A stretch of 64,000 nt of DNA, taken from contig NC_057718.1 of NCBI RefSeq assembly GCF_004010195.1, positions 43,036,395-43,100,394 of the forward strand. Reading direction: 5' to 3'. Shown here in pieces: positions 49,831 to 63,448 of the stretch (positions within the stretch are counted from its first letter, which is position 1; every line of letters starts with the position of its first letter). Below the pieces are notes generated by a model that was not told where the DNA came from, searched no databases, and saw only the letters and a program-made list of their open reading frames with translations. A program made the translations under genes and the position numbers. The DNA comes from Chiloscyllium plagiosum (lineage: Eukaryota).

Positions 49831-51329
49831 TCTTGACTTCAGTATGTCCCAAAGTGCTTTAAAACCATTGAAGTACTTTTATTGGATAGAAAATACATAA
49901 CAGTGATGGCACGACGAAAGAATAGTTGATTTGATGTCCGATTCTTCAGATGTTCTTAGAAAGATTAAGCATTAAACAAACACTTTTTTTTATCTTATAA
50001 AATATCAATCTACTTTTCCTTCCTCTTGTAAATAGGACAAATCCAGTACTAATTGGGTGTAGGCTAACAAGGTTTACTTCAGAGACCAGTAAGCTACTCC
50101 ATGGAGACTACACCCTTGGATTTGGCCTACTAATATACATCTTATTGAGAGACCTCTGCCCAAACAGCAAGGCCTAAGGCCCACACAACATGGACTCTGT
50201 CCTCAAACACAACAGACCTGTGAGCTGCAGACATTAGCTGGATATTCTCAGGGGGCTTGCCGATAAGCTGCAGTGTTGCCACTGGATTTAACATGATACA
50301 GAAAAGAGGAGTGGACATTCGGGAAAGTGGAGTGATTTGGTGGAGGATGATTAGAAGAGGGAAAGTGAAGTAGGACTGACTTAGAGAAAAGCAAGTGATC
50401 GGGAAAGATGGTAAAGTTGGCAGTCAGATGAGTTTAGGGAGAGGTGTGAAAGGTCTGATAGAAATATTGACCTAGATGTTTTTGTGAGCTATTCACCTTA
50501 TGTACCATTTTCTTTTGATTAGGATTCGGTTTGTCAGTAAGACTTGGGGTCATTAACTATCTGCTTAAATTTGCCACCACTTACAGGATAGCAGTTACAT
50601 GAGCAGGTAATGTATCCGGAAGTTGCATCAACAAATTAGATTGAAGAATCTTTACTGAACTATATAGATAGCAAAGCATGAAGTAACAAATAAATATAAA
50701 TTATGTTTAGTTAATTGTGCAGAAAATAACATAAAGGTATGAGCATATACATGGTATTAAGGAATGATATAAGTGTCAAAATAGAGACTGTATGGAAAAA
50801 TATCATCTTAATTTCTCTAAAATAATCTGTAACACTAACTATCTTCAGAGGGAATAAGACTACACACTTATAAATTAAATATTTCAGGGCAAAGATGTTG
50901 TTCTACAGTAATCATCACAAAGCCATTTCAACTGTCAGTTCCTCCATCTTGTAGAATCCCATATCTTTTTTTCTGTTTTTCGAGTGAGTGCATTTATATT
51001 AAGAGCATGCCACTACGGTGGTCTCATACCAGTTTTGATCAGCAAAGACTGCATTTTCACAGTCTGTTGAGGAATGAAAGTAATATTGACAACAGCTTCT
51101 GGTTTTCCATCTTTTACTGTAGTATGTGCAAACACTCCAATTTGCTGGCATTGTTAGTGAATATATGGTTATATGGTTTTCATATGATTGCTTTTGAGAT
51201 GACTGGGCTAATATGGGCTTAATCAGAAGCAACCTGATCCTATTTGCCAGTTGACAAATATGACAACCGCACAAATAAGTCTACTGACCCAAACGACAAG
51301 GTGAGGAGAATTGAAAGGTGCCAGGTTGA

Positions 51330-51395
51330 AAATAAAAATAAAAGTACTGGAAATACTTTGCAGGTCAGGCAGCATCTCTGGAGAAAAACAAATCT
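51330..51395 (-). mobile_element. Short Penelope-like 3' fragment
   Basis: gtactggaaatactttgcaggtcaggcagcatctctggaga shares gcaggtcaggcagcatc with 33582-33598. Confidence 0.65.
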
Positions 51396-51397
51396 AA

Positions 51398-52002
51398 AAG
51401 GTGGAATCTTCTGCTCCCTGTTAGTGGGTAGCTTGGAGGTGGGAAGAACACGCAACTTGGTGGGATGGTGGTGAACCTCACTACCTTCCTGCCTCTAGCA
51501 GAATAAAATTCTGGATGGGCATGCTAAAAGCCATCCTCTCTGTCCTGCTTCCCATTTACACTTTCTAAGATCAGATAATGAGCTCTTGAGGGCCTTAGCC
51601 TGTCACCAGTGATGTTAACCCAGCTTCAATCAGCCTGTTGCTATGCAGAATGCATGACATCTGCCACAGTGCAGGCAACCTTGGTGGGCGGTTGTCCCAC
51701 AATCAAAGGGACTGGACATTGGCTTGGATGTTCTCCACTGGGAGCCAACCCTCAGACCTTGCTTTTGACCCAAACAACCCCCATTACTTACCTTTGTCCT
51801 TGGTCCTCAGACTCTGGGAGTACTCGTAGCCGCATCTACGGGGGCCTCTAATTGTCCGGCAGCTCTTGTTAATTGGGACCTCTTTCCCTGGAATGCTGAT
51901 TTGGGGTGTCAGCCGACTGGTGGCCTTATGGCTCAAAGGGCCTTTCTTGGAAGTGGTAGCATGGGTTTCTTCACCCAGAAGACATCTCAAAAGATTTTGC
52001 CC
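51398..52002. mobile_element. Non-autonomous DNA transposon, Harbinger-like TIRs
   Basis: AAGGTGGAATCTT ... AAGATTTTGCCC imperfect inverted termini; interior similar to other GC-richer blocks. Confidence 0.5.
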
Positions 52003-52304
52003 TACCTCTCAAGTCGATGATCTTTCATTAGAAAATTGAAATCACTGCAGGATTTTTTTAATGTGTGCGCAGAATAAAATGGTATTTTCAGGAGAGATTT
52101 GTTAAAAGATAATATAAACTTCTAAATAACTATTCAGAGACAAGAGTTTATCGTGTGGCTTTACTAAAATAAAAGAAGGGTCGACTGGTTCATGTTATGT
52201 TTGTTCTTAGAAATTTTAAATAAATAGACAGCAGTTTGAAAATCTACTTCTGTAAAATAAAGTGCTACCCACTTTCGTGATATATAATTATGTGGAATAC
52301 AATT

Positions 52305-52440
52305 AAAATACACATGGACATAAATAGTTTGGAATGTGTGGATAAATTGCAGATGGAAATTGTTGCAGAGAAATGTAAAGTGATATGTTTTAGTGAGAAG
52401 ATTAAGGAGAGGCTACAAAACAAAAGGGCACAATTGTAAA
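52305..52440 (+). mobile_element. Old CR1 ORF2 fragment
   Basis: Parallels 61960-62085 (LQMEIVAEKCKVICF versus WQIKFNSDKCEVLHF). Confidence 0.6.
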
Positions 52441-52619
52441 CATCGCTTAGCTGTACACACTATCACCCAATCTGGACACTGACAGTATCTCTGACTTGTC
52501 TTTCCTTGTCCTGCAGTTTTGGGATATATCCCATCAGCTGGAGCTACCAGACTCATAGTACTTCTGTATCTCCTTGTATTTGAGTGCACACACAAAGTCT
52601 GGAAATTTGTCATCGTCGT

Positions 52620-53560
52620 CAGAAGTCCTCACTCAAGACATGTTTTAGTCAGGAGGTTCTGACACACCCTGAGAAGGATAGCCTATGATATCGGCCCAGT
52701 GGCTTGAACACTGTCAGTCAACTGTATGAGTGATCAGAGTCCGGTTTCTCTCCTTGCAGTGAATGAGAAGCTGGTTTTCAGGCAGTTCCCAACCATAATT
52801 GGCTTTTTCTGCCCTATTGTGATTGCCTTCTCCTACAATGAGAGGTTTTAAGGCTGATAGAAGTAGCTGTCACAGTTGTTAATGCTGGTGCAGATCTGGA
52901 AAAGATGGTGAGATTTTCTGAGAGGGGGTGTAGGCAGTGCATAGGGCACAGAGGCTAAATGGGGAGATGGGTTTTGGATAGGTGAAAGGCAGTGCGGGCA
53001 AATGTTGCATGAATTAATGAGAGGGGTAGAATCTGAATTAGCTTGGGAAATGGGTGCAGGAGCAGAGACGGAGTGACTGTGAAATATCGGAGAGATGATG
53101 ATGGCAGTTACTGACCCAGCGCAGAAAGTCTTTGACCATTTTCCTTCACTGCCAGGCATTCCTTTAGATGGTTGAGACTGCAATGACCAGATGACAATCT
53201 TGGACCAAGCTGTCAGGGTCTGATGGTAATGCATCATATACCGGTCCTGGGATAAGATGATATTCTGCTCTCTGCACCATCATGTCTACCAGGACCTGCA
53301 GATGCCCATCCTGCAAGCTTGGGGCCAATTTCTGCTTATTTGCCACATTTGAGGGAAAATATCAGGAACCATCAAGGGCAACTTCAGACTGACTGTGCAT
53401 AGCATGGTGCACATTGGCCTGGGCGCGAAGAATGCTAGTCAATTCCAGGATATCCTGGCAGTGGTAATTTTTTCTGGGTACAGTGAGATGGTGGAATCTG
53501 GCTAGCATTGGACGAGAAGGGTGCCTTTGAGGCGTAGTTAGTTAATGAGGTATATTTGGG
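52620..53560 (-). mobile_element. Harbinger-type relic with Myb/SANT-like gene remnant
   Basis: The minus strand of 53346-53120 gives KQKLAPSLQDGHLQVLVDMMVQR..QTLTAWSKIV.. (MSANTD-type domain, frameshifted). A C/T-rich intron-like stretch follows, ending CTTTTCCAG| near 52895. Confidence 0.65.
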
Positions 53561-56429
53561 ATGTTAATTGGGAGGGAAACTGATGCTTTGTTGAAATATG
53601 CCAAAATTCAGCTCTCCGTTTCAGAGGAAGCTGGCAGGAGGTCGAATGTTTTTCCAGACAAGCCCCAGCTGTTTTACCCTCCCATACCCAGAGAGTGTAG
53701 TCTCTGCATCCTTTGCCAAACTGCACTCCTAATGTTGGAAGTGGCCATTTTTATATATTGTGATTGAGTAACTTCTTCTTAATTACACAAACTTTATCGG
53801 GGTCAATAACAAGAATTACCATCCTCGATCAACAACTCTTGGAATTTTCAACCTATTGTTATTTCCACCTATTGTCCATCTCAAGAAATGAAGAGAGTAT
53901 ATGCAAGGACCACTGAGTGAATCATGAAAAATATTCTGATCTCTGCCTGATTAGCAGGGAAAAATTGATGGTTCCAATAGGTTGATCAATCACCGGCCAA
54001 TTTTATCTGAACTTTCCTTTGAAGTAATAAAATGGATATTATTTTTCCTAAAAACACTTAACTTCATTATGTTCCAATGCTTGTCTTACAAACATTAGAC
54101 AACAGACATTGGTACATTTCAGGGTTGGCTCAGCAACACTCTCTTTGCAAGTTGAAATTCAGGAGACCTGTTAAAATTACGCTTGTAAGATTTGTGGGCC
54201 AAGAGTGTAGGGAATTGAGGTGGAGATAACACAACACAAAGGGAAAAATGAGATTTGTATTTTTAATCCACTACAGCTATCATTGTTTTTTTTAACAATG
54301 AGAATCACTGTGAATATATTTTAAAGTATATGACATGGAGGAGAAGATGCTTTAAGGCAGTTATAGTTTATTTAAAAACAGTAAGACGACCCTAGAGCTG
54401 TTGAGGTATACATTGAGGTCTGTTAAGAACCAAATTGTATGGCTGATTACTGTAAATCTTTTTATTTTGATTTGCCCATAATTTAGTGTAATTTAGGGCC
54501 ATGAAATCTCTTATTGCAAATGCTTTCACATTTAACGGCTCTAAGCAACCATGAAAATGTAAGACTTGCAAAAATTGCCAGGATTGGCTTTCACAGTCCC
54601 AAAGTGGCATTTCTATAATAAGCAAATAAACACAACAAAATAAGCATGTTTTACTTCAGTGAATTCAAGGGATATTTCCAAAGAAATAAATATTGGTTTT
54701 GACTTTCTTGCATATGAGGTTTTTTTTATTTCTTTTAACCTCAGCCATGATAATTACATTTTAGTAGTGGAAGATATTCCATTGCACTTTGCACAGAGGG
54801 AAAATAAACTATTAACCAATCCGATACACATTCATTGAGTGCAATTCGTAGTTTGAAAATCTGGTTTAAACGTCTTGCTTGGGTTTATTTAGTAGGGCTT
54901 TTAAGGCATGGAGCACTTGCGCAGTTTAAGATGTAAACACCTGGAACTTAATTTTCAGCGCATTCAAAATTAATTCAGTCTTTTCAGTTTATGCAATAGT
55001 AGCTTGAATAGAGGAATTAATGTATATTACAATTCAACTGTACCTTGAGAAAATGGGGCTTTGCATTATGTACAATTATTTTTCATGTATCAGGGATCGC
55101 TAATAACTACAGCAGGAAACTGAGTGTTTTGAGTATATGTTTTGGCAGGCACATAGCTGCTTATGTTCTGGTAGGCATGTCCATGCACTGGATTTAATTT
55201 GATATTCAAATTTCTGTAAAAGTGATGGGAGCTTCAAAATGTTGTGCTGCAGTACACCATTCTGAAATAAATGCAACTTGCTTTCCTTTGTTGGAAGTCG
55301 TGAAACAAATCCAGTGCTAGAATTGTTAGCAGTAAGTAAACTGCATTATATTTATTTTAAATGTGAAAAGTGCTCAAACCATCTAAAAATAAACAGATGC
55401 ATAGCAGTTCATTAGTCTGCCTGCTTCGACTGATTTTCCCATTGATTAGTCTCAGTACTAATGCCTGCTCATTCCTCACTTCATAACTAATTAACGTCAG
55501 TGCCTTTCTGACTGGTTGACTAGTTTCAAGATCTCGGAGTATGTGTGAATTTATATGGACTAGATGCGGCAAATATAGTCTGACTACATTAATTAATTCC
55601 ACTTAGCCTCCACAGAACTTTAACCCAAAACTTCATAGAATATTGCAACAAAAAGTGACATTGGGATTCTTTAAAAGTTAAAGATGTACGTTTGTGGGCT
55701 ATGTTATATTTACTATATTTGTATATTTTGGAAGTGTACAAACTATTTTTGACAGCTATCATTCTGTGTCTGCATTATGCAGAGTCCAGAAAATATTATT
55801 TCATTGGTCCATAAAAAGAAACTAATAATGTGGGTAAGAAAAACATACTAAATCTTTGCTTTTAAATTCTAATTCAAGATCTTCATTTTCAAAGGGGAGA
55901 GTATTTTGTCCTGTGTTCGATTTTTATTTCCTCCTATTGCCAATGATCAATTCTCTTATACTGTACTCTTCTGCCAGGGTTGAATCTGTTTGAGTTCCAT
56001 TGCGAGGTCTAGTAGCTTGTGTAATTACTGGTCATTTTTTTAAGTATGTATCTAGATTGTAAGTATGAACATGGGGAGGAGTGCAGTGATGATGAGCCTT
56101 GATCCTATGCGTTGCTAAGGCAGAATCTTATTCAAGTGTCTCATCTGATGGTTGGAAGGCAAGTGAGAGACGCACGCTTCTTCTTTACAGGAAGTCACAT
56201 CAAGTCAATTGTCACTCAGAACTGCCAAGGCAACCTGCAGGCCTTCTCCAGGAATCAAGGTGCCAAAGATGGAAGCCTCAACTACTGGGAGCTCCTGGCC
56301 GTTGGAGGCTGGCTCCGCATCATCATGGAAGTTAGGGGGCTGCTGTGGTTGCTGCTGGGAATACAACCATCAAAATCCCAGGATTGCAGACTGACCCATA
56401 ACAAGTGGGAGTGAGTGGGGGGAAGAGGG

Positions 56430-56862
56430 GGGCAGAATTTTGCAAGATCAGAGTTTGTGTGGAAAGGAGGGCAGAACGGTCAAGGGCAAGGAGGATGGCT
56501 TTCAGTGGAACACAGTTTCCTGAAGTGTCCTGAGTTCTCTTGCTGGAGAGGCCAATGCAACTCTGCACACTGGAGGTGACAAACTGGCCCTGGTCTTAGC
56601 CACCATTCATGCAGCATAGTGACAGGCCCATCTTCAGCTGAGTTAACTCGAAAACCCTGGAATTCAACCTTTCAGTGATGATTAGTTGGTAATTAAGGGC
56701 TTTAGATGGTGGCAGAGTCAGAAGGTCAACAATGGGCCTCCTGTCCTGAATCAAATTTTGGCAGAGGCAAGAAGGTAGTAGGATACAGGTACACCACCAT
56801 CCGCCTAATTAAATACCTTCCTATGGCTAGGCCCGGCACCAGTGGGAGCAGGAGATTCTATT
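56430..56862. mobile_element. Non-autonomous DNA transposon-like block
   Basis: Starts GGGCAGAATTTT and ends near GAGATTCTATTC; interior shares gcctaattaa/ttaaggg motifs with related blocks. Confidence 0.45.
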
Positions 56863-59509
56863 CCTGATGTCCACGCACCAGCCTGGGTCAATGAATAGAA
56901 TAAGTGCAGAAGTAATGCGATATAGTATGGCTTTTGCATCACTTGCCAAGTGTTACTAATCTCATCATCTGAGAAACTGATTTTATAATTTTGAATGGCA
57001 TTGTTTTCTCATAGAAATATAAGTTACAAGGCTGTCACTACAGGTGTTGCATCACTTGAGTACTTAAAATAGGTGAATGATATCGAAGCGATAAATGCTC
57101 CTGTTACAGCACAAATTTTAGGTATATTTAATGCTTGCAGTGTTGGAAAGTTGGTATGAAATTCCTGATCTGGAATTGCAAAATTCAAATTTATCGTGCT
57201 TATTCAGCCCCAGCAGAACTTTCATGTTTTTAACAATGGGAGCCTTAGCAGGAAAGTAGATAATTCTAGTATAACTTTTGTAGCCAGCACATATTCATGA
57301 AATATATTTGAAATGTGTCTAATGACATGAATATGATCATGTGATTGTGAATACATGTGTGTGCATGACTATGTGAAATGAGACACACATTTCCACTTAA
57401 ACATGAAGTCTCGTCTGGTTGCACCAAAGCACATAAATATGGAAGGGAATTAGATTGCAACCAAAATAATATAGCCAATGTCTGTGAGACAACATTGTTC
57501 AATGCATTTTATTCATTCTATCATCCTATCAATAAAGCTGGGGATTTATTAGAGATTTATCATATTAGTTCAAAGGTATCATTTTACCCACAGTTAATAT
57601 TTATATGCTTCATGCTTGTATTACCTTAAGCAAGTTTATAATTGTAAATAAATGTTAATGTTCAGCTACTGAGTCATAATTTGGGAGTGCAACTGAAGGA
57701 GAGTTTTTAAGTTCTTAAAATCATTATGACAATTTAATGACAGTTTGAAAACATAGAAAGGATATATGTCCTGATTTTTGTATTAGTGCCAATTGTATCA
57801 GTATTTTGTAGAATCTCAGAAGGAGATGGGTGTGTCTAGGTCTTTGAAAGAGCTACCAATTAGCCTCACTGTCTTGCTTTTTCGTGATACATCTCTAAAC
57901 CTTTCCTTTTTAAGTATATATCTAGTCATCTTTTGAAAGTTTAGTGGCAATCTAAAATTTGGAGACTTAATTATTTAACTATTGGAAATCAACTAACTAT
58001 TGTACCAAATGTTTCAACATTTGATTATATTTATTGGCCTGTGGGTAGATGGGGTCCAGTGACTGTATTCCAATCTAAATGAATGGAGGTGATGATTATT
58101 TTAGAAATTGCAGCATTATTCTTCCAAGCAGAACAACTGAGAATATGTAAGCACTAAATGTTAAAAAAATGTTCCCCTTTATACAGATTAAAATGATCAA
58201 GTTGATAATGGTGAAAACATGGTTGTGTTTGGGTATTATAGCCATTTTCATCCCTAAGGTGCTCATTATCAGCTTGAGTGATATGGCCATAGTGCACTCT
58301 AGCATGATGATGATGCTACATTTCAGTGATCAACCATGAAACTTGCGCCAGGAATGCGTTTAGGAATAGTTCCAGGCCAATTAAATAAACAAATCGTAAA
58401 GTGAATAGTTGAAAGGCTTAATATAGATAAACGTTGCCATGTTTTAATCAGTAATTTGTTTGTTCTTTTTCCCTTTGCAACTGTGTGGTTCTTCATCTTC
58501 ATTAAGTAATTAAAGATTAAGATGTAATATTATATTTTCTTTCCTATGAGGAACAAGTAGCCCAAATATTACTTCATTTGGTGAAGGTAGTAAGCTAAAT
58601 ATATATTTTAAGATTTTAGAAGGACCAGTATCTTATTTTGAGCTCTGCAGTATTGCTTTCCTTGTTGAATTCTATTCTTTACCACATTACCTCACCACAT
58701 TAGCACTTGCATCTCCCTCAGATGGCATTCTGTTTCCATTCCATTCACAGTGGCCAAGGATCATATCACATAGGCACTTAGAAATACAATGCGCACTACC
58801 CCTGAGAACACAATTGCTTTCACAGTCAAAAGTATTGATCAGCTCTATTTCTGGTTTTCCATTCAGTCAGAGCTTTTGCTAGGAGTTGTTTCTTTATCAT
58901 TGGGGAGGGAAGATTTAAATAAAAACTGGATGTCCTTTTTTACTCCCACCTCTCCATCTGCAGTTGCTTTAATATTATTCTCAACAGATTTAATTGCTTC
59001 GTTGATATGTTTTATAATCTGCCAATACTGACATTATCAGGTACAATATTTATCTATATCACTGAAAATCTGATTTTTTTAGAATTTGTTAAGCATTTTT
59101 ACTTTGATATTAACGAGTATTACAATTATTTAATTATTTGAGCTTTAGTTGCAAAACATAATTTGTGTGCTGCTTTAGTGAAAGGGAAAAAACATTGTGC
59201 CCATAAGAGGTGATGACAATGTGCAATATTACATAGAATGGCATGCAGGTTGCCTATCATAATAAGAACAATTTAGGTCAAAATGTATATTGTATGGTAA
59301 AATTTGTTTCAAACTGGGTACAGTTCAATTTCAGTTACTGACCATGAGAGGTTTACAGAGGTCAAACGCAGAGAATTCCTTGCACTATCTGCTTTCATTA
59401 TCCAAATTGACATTGTTTCTGCCGCACTTCTAGAAAGTAGCTGTTGCTTTTTGTTTATCTTGGGGGAAATTATTGTGACATGGGATAACTGGAAACCATT
59501 TTTAGGTCA

Positions 59510-59950
59510 GTGAAGATAAAGCTGATGGGTAAGCGGGACTTGGTGTGGGATACAATTCTGGCAACAGACGTTTGAGCGAATTGAAGTTTTCAAAGGGAGT
59601 ACAATGGAAGGCAAGGAATGGACACATTAAAACAGTTGAATCTGGAGCTGGCAAAGACTTAGATGAGGATATCAGGTGCAAATGAGGTTGAGACAAGCCT
59701 TTCACTGCTTGGCAAGGCTCGGAACTCTGATTGGAGAAATTGAAATTTAATTTCAGGGAAGATGGGAGAATACAGATGGAAAGGAAGTGGAAAGGGAATT
59801 TGAATATCAATAGCTTATAAAGATAGAAAGTATCAAGCTGTATTTTGAGGCAAGAAGTGATGTTGGCAGTCTTGAAATAGAAGAGGCCTGAGGAAGTGAA
59901 ACTATTTTTAATGTCAGACATCGGCATCAGAAACAGAAATTAATTGTGAA
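59510..59950 (-). mobile_element. Degraded L2 LINE ORF2 fragment
   Basis: Purine-rich + strand resembling reverse L2 ORF2 (LIHAFVTSRLDYCN..LQ.IQN region) in decayed form. Confidence 0.5.
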
Positions 59951-61433
59951 TGGGGTCAAGTGCATACAAGATATAACTCTCATGGACATGATGAGGCCAA
60001 AAAGAACTTTGGGTGGATGGGAGGGAAGTTAAAGGGAAATAAAGGCTCAATTTTTACAAAGAAATGTTTCTCAAGCCTAGCTATTTGGTTGTATGCCCTA
60101 CTAATGTGCCTCAGTGTCAAACTTGGCTCAATAATATGCCAGAGAAGTGCTTTGGTATGTTTAATTATGTTAAAGATGCTACATATGTACAAGTTGTTGT
60201 TTAGATTGTGATAAGAAGAGTGAAGAAACCTAGAGATCTAGCTTGAACACAAGAGTTGTCACATCCAGTTCTAACACTACAGTTTGGACAGGATACAGTC
60301 TGAAGTGGCAATGGCCATGTACTCCATGGATTTGGCTATTCTAAATTCATTCTGTTTGATTCAAAATGGGATTCATCGGTACACAGTGTAAAAAAGATGT
60401 TACACTGCTGTTGGTTGAGATTAGGAACGTACTCTGAAACTGGCTTTCTAGCTCACAACAAGGTGTGATCATAATATTTGGAACTGTACTGTACAATGTG
60501 ACAGATCAAGCTGGTGAAAGACAGTTTCCTGGAGGAGATCAAATTCTACATTTCTTTTCACATTCAGAGTTCGTTAATTTGATAACTTTGCTGTCACTTT
60601 CACGTCACCAAATAACCAAGTCGCAATATAAACCTGCCTTTAAAGTAACTGTCTTCTGCAGCCGACTGGAACACATGTTCAAAGAACTCTTAATTGATGA
60701 GATTTGGTAAATGTTCAGACTGAGACCTTGTGCATTATTACTAGAGGTGTTACTTTTCCATTGATATCACAAGTCCAGTCCATGTCTTATGAATATAGAA
60801 TTTATAATAGGCATTCATTTTTTCACAAAATGTTAATGACTGTTTAATTAATAGGATCTTTAACCATTAAATTATGTTTCAGTAACAGGTTTTTCACTAT
60901 TCTTGAGTTTAGCAAGTATGAGCATTTATATATACTTTTATGAAAGATGACCACTATCTAAACAGGTACATAGCTACTTGGTAACAAAGATTATCCTGAT
61001 TCTCACATAAAGCTCTATAATAAACTGAGTGTCACTTCCCTAAGCTGTTGGCCTCTACCTATGATGCTAAAGCAAAATTTTAGGTCAATGCCACATATAC
61101 CCAGACAGGGAAGCAATCAGGATAACAATCATTTTGTATGTTGGGCAAATTGTTCCAACTGCGGTAAAAGTTTGAGAAGACATCAGCTTCCTGCTTGTAG
61201 TTGCTGTTTGACTGTGGAACAGTTTTTTTTACCACAGTGACAAGGAGCAGCTCAGGAACATATGACTTCACCTTGGATTTGTTTTTCTATATTTCTAAAT
61301 AAGCACCTTATCTTTGTTTTTTGGTGATGAGTATGCTGAGACTGGAATAATCAGTTGAATAATTGTGGCTGCAGTTTTGAGCATTGATTGGTCTGTGCTC
61401 AAACTATGAATCTTGGCTGTTACTTTTCAGATA

Positions 61434-61613
61434 AAAATTACACCATACCAGGTTATAGTCCAACAGATTTATTTGGAAGCATCAGGTGGTTGTGGATGAA
61501 GGAGCAGCGCTCCAAAAGCTAGTGCTTCCAAATAAACCTGTTGGACTAAAACCTGGTGTTGTGTGATTTTAAACCTTGTACACCCCACCCAACACCGGTA
61601 CCTGCAATTCATG
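61434..61613. mobile_element. Fold-back Penelope-like insertion
   Basis: Arms 61434-61481 and 61523-61570 are inverted copies. Perfect 12-bp ACTTTTCAGATA at 61422-61433 and 61614-61625. Hammerhead remnant GATGA-A-GGAGC-AGC-GCTCC-AAAAGCTA. Confidence 0.88.
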
Positions 61614-61948
61614 ACTTTTCAGATACTCGTGCACATTCTAATGGAGTGATGGTTTGTGTTGGTTTTCCAATATGACTGATAACCAGAAATGGCAAATAGT
61701 AGCTTGAATGTTTTGCAATAACTTTGATCTTTGCAGTCTCATTCACAGAGGGGTTTCTGCCATTCATTTGACAAAGTTATGATGGCGGAGCAGGAATGGC
61801 TCTTTGAAAATTCCATTATTTCTGTGTATAATGGAAGGCTAAAGCAATGGGTTACCGAACATGAACTAACTCTAACCCTGATGCGACACCATAAATTAAA
61901 ATTTTAATCCATACTAATGGATGTAGGTATTAGATGGAGGCCTAATCC

Positions 61949-62817
61949 TTACCTCAGATTACAACAGGATCTGGACCAGGTGGGCCAATGGGCTGAGAAG
62001 TGGCAGATTAAGTTTAATTCAGATAAATGCGAGGTGCTGCATTTTGGGAAAGCAAATCTTAGCAGGACTTATACACTTAATGGTAAGGTCCTAGGGAGTG
62101 TTGCTGAACAAAGAGACCTTGGAATGCAGGTTCATAGCTCCTTGAAAGTGGAGTCGCGGGTAGATAGGATAGTGAAGAATGTGTTTGGTATGCTTTCTTT
62201 TATGGGTCAGAGTATAGAGTACAGGAGTTGGGAGGTCATGTTGCAGCTATACAGGACATTGGTTAGGCCACTGTTGGAATATTGCGTGCAATTCTGGTCT
62301 CCTTCCTATCAGAAAGATGTTGTGAAACTTGAAAGGGTTCAGAAAAGAATTACAAGAATGTTGCCAGGGTTGGAGGATCTGAGCTACAGGGAGAGGCTGA
62401 ACAGGCTGGGGCTATTTTCCCTGGAGCATCGGAGGCTGAGGGGTGACCTTATAGAGATTTACAAAATTATGAGGGGCATGGATAGGATAAATAGACAAAG
62501 TCTTTTCCCTGGGGTCGGGGAGTCCAGAACTAGAGGGCACAAATTTAGGGTGAGAGGGGAAAGATATAAAAGAGACCTAAGGGGCAACTTTTTCACACAG
62601 AGGGTGGTACATGTATGGAATGAGCTGCCAGAGGATGTGGTGGAGGCTGGCACAATTGCAACATTTAAGAGGCATTTGGATGGGTATATGAATAGGAAGG
62701 GTTTGGAGAGATATGGGCTGGGTGCTGGCAGGTGGGACTAGATTGGGTTTGGATATCTGGTCGGCATGGACGGGTTGGACCGAAGGGTCTGTTTCTATGC
62801 TGTACATCTCTATGACT
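61949..62817 (+). mobile_element. 5'-truncated young HER1/CR1 LINE (ORF2 C-terminal part of reverse transcriptase)
   Basis: Uninterrupted ORF to 62741 with LQQDLDQ..WAEKWQIKFNSDKC, RDLG, LYRTLVRPLLEYC, LERVQKR, RRLRGDLIE, RTRGH, WNELP; CR1 3' UTR. The first ~10 codons of the 61917 ORF are flanking DNA. Confidence 0.95.
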
Positions 62818-63448
62818 AAGTAACATGGGCGGAGACACTTTGATTTAGTCCATTAAAACTTTTCCCCCACAATTTGCGGAAACATTTGCACTTTTTAAAA
62901 TTTTCATTTGTGCTAATTTAAGTTGCATTTGACAATCAGGGCACAAATTGTGATCAAGATTGCACCAATTTTCTGAATTGAAGCTTTTCCTCCAGTTTCC
63001 ATTTAAACTTACTGGTGAATCGGAACATAGAGCAATTGGGCCATGTTAAGTACATAATTTTCTTTGCTTTAATTTTTTTTTGCATATAGTTTGTGTGGAC
63101 AGCTGAAAATGGGTTTATCACCAAAAAAAGGACATAACACTTGGTGCCTATGTTTTGTGGGCCATACTGAACAGCATTCTGTGTAGTTTAATAGTGTGGG
63201 TACTGAGAGTCCCTCAAGTAAACAAAATAGGCATATTGTGACATCAGTTAGCTGACTTAACTCTATCAGTGCCATTTTCAACCCAAACATCCGACCTAAT
63301 ATTCTCTTTTAACCATGCGTGGCCGTGCATGTGTTCAGTAGCAGGAATGATTCCCCACCAGTGCTGTTTAAAGGAGCCATCAGTTTAGTTGCTGATTAAT
63401 TTCTACTGGCTAATGCTCAGTGAGCACAGATGGATTAACCTTTATAGA

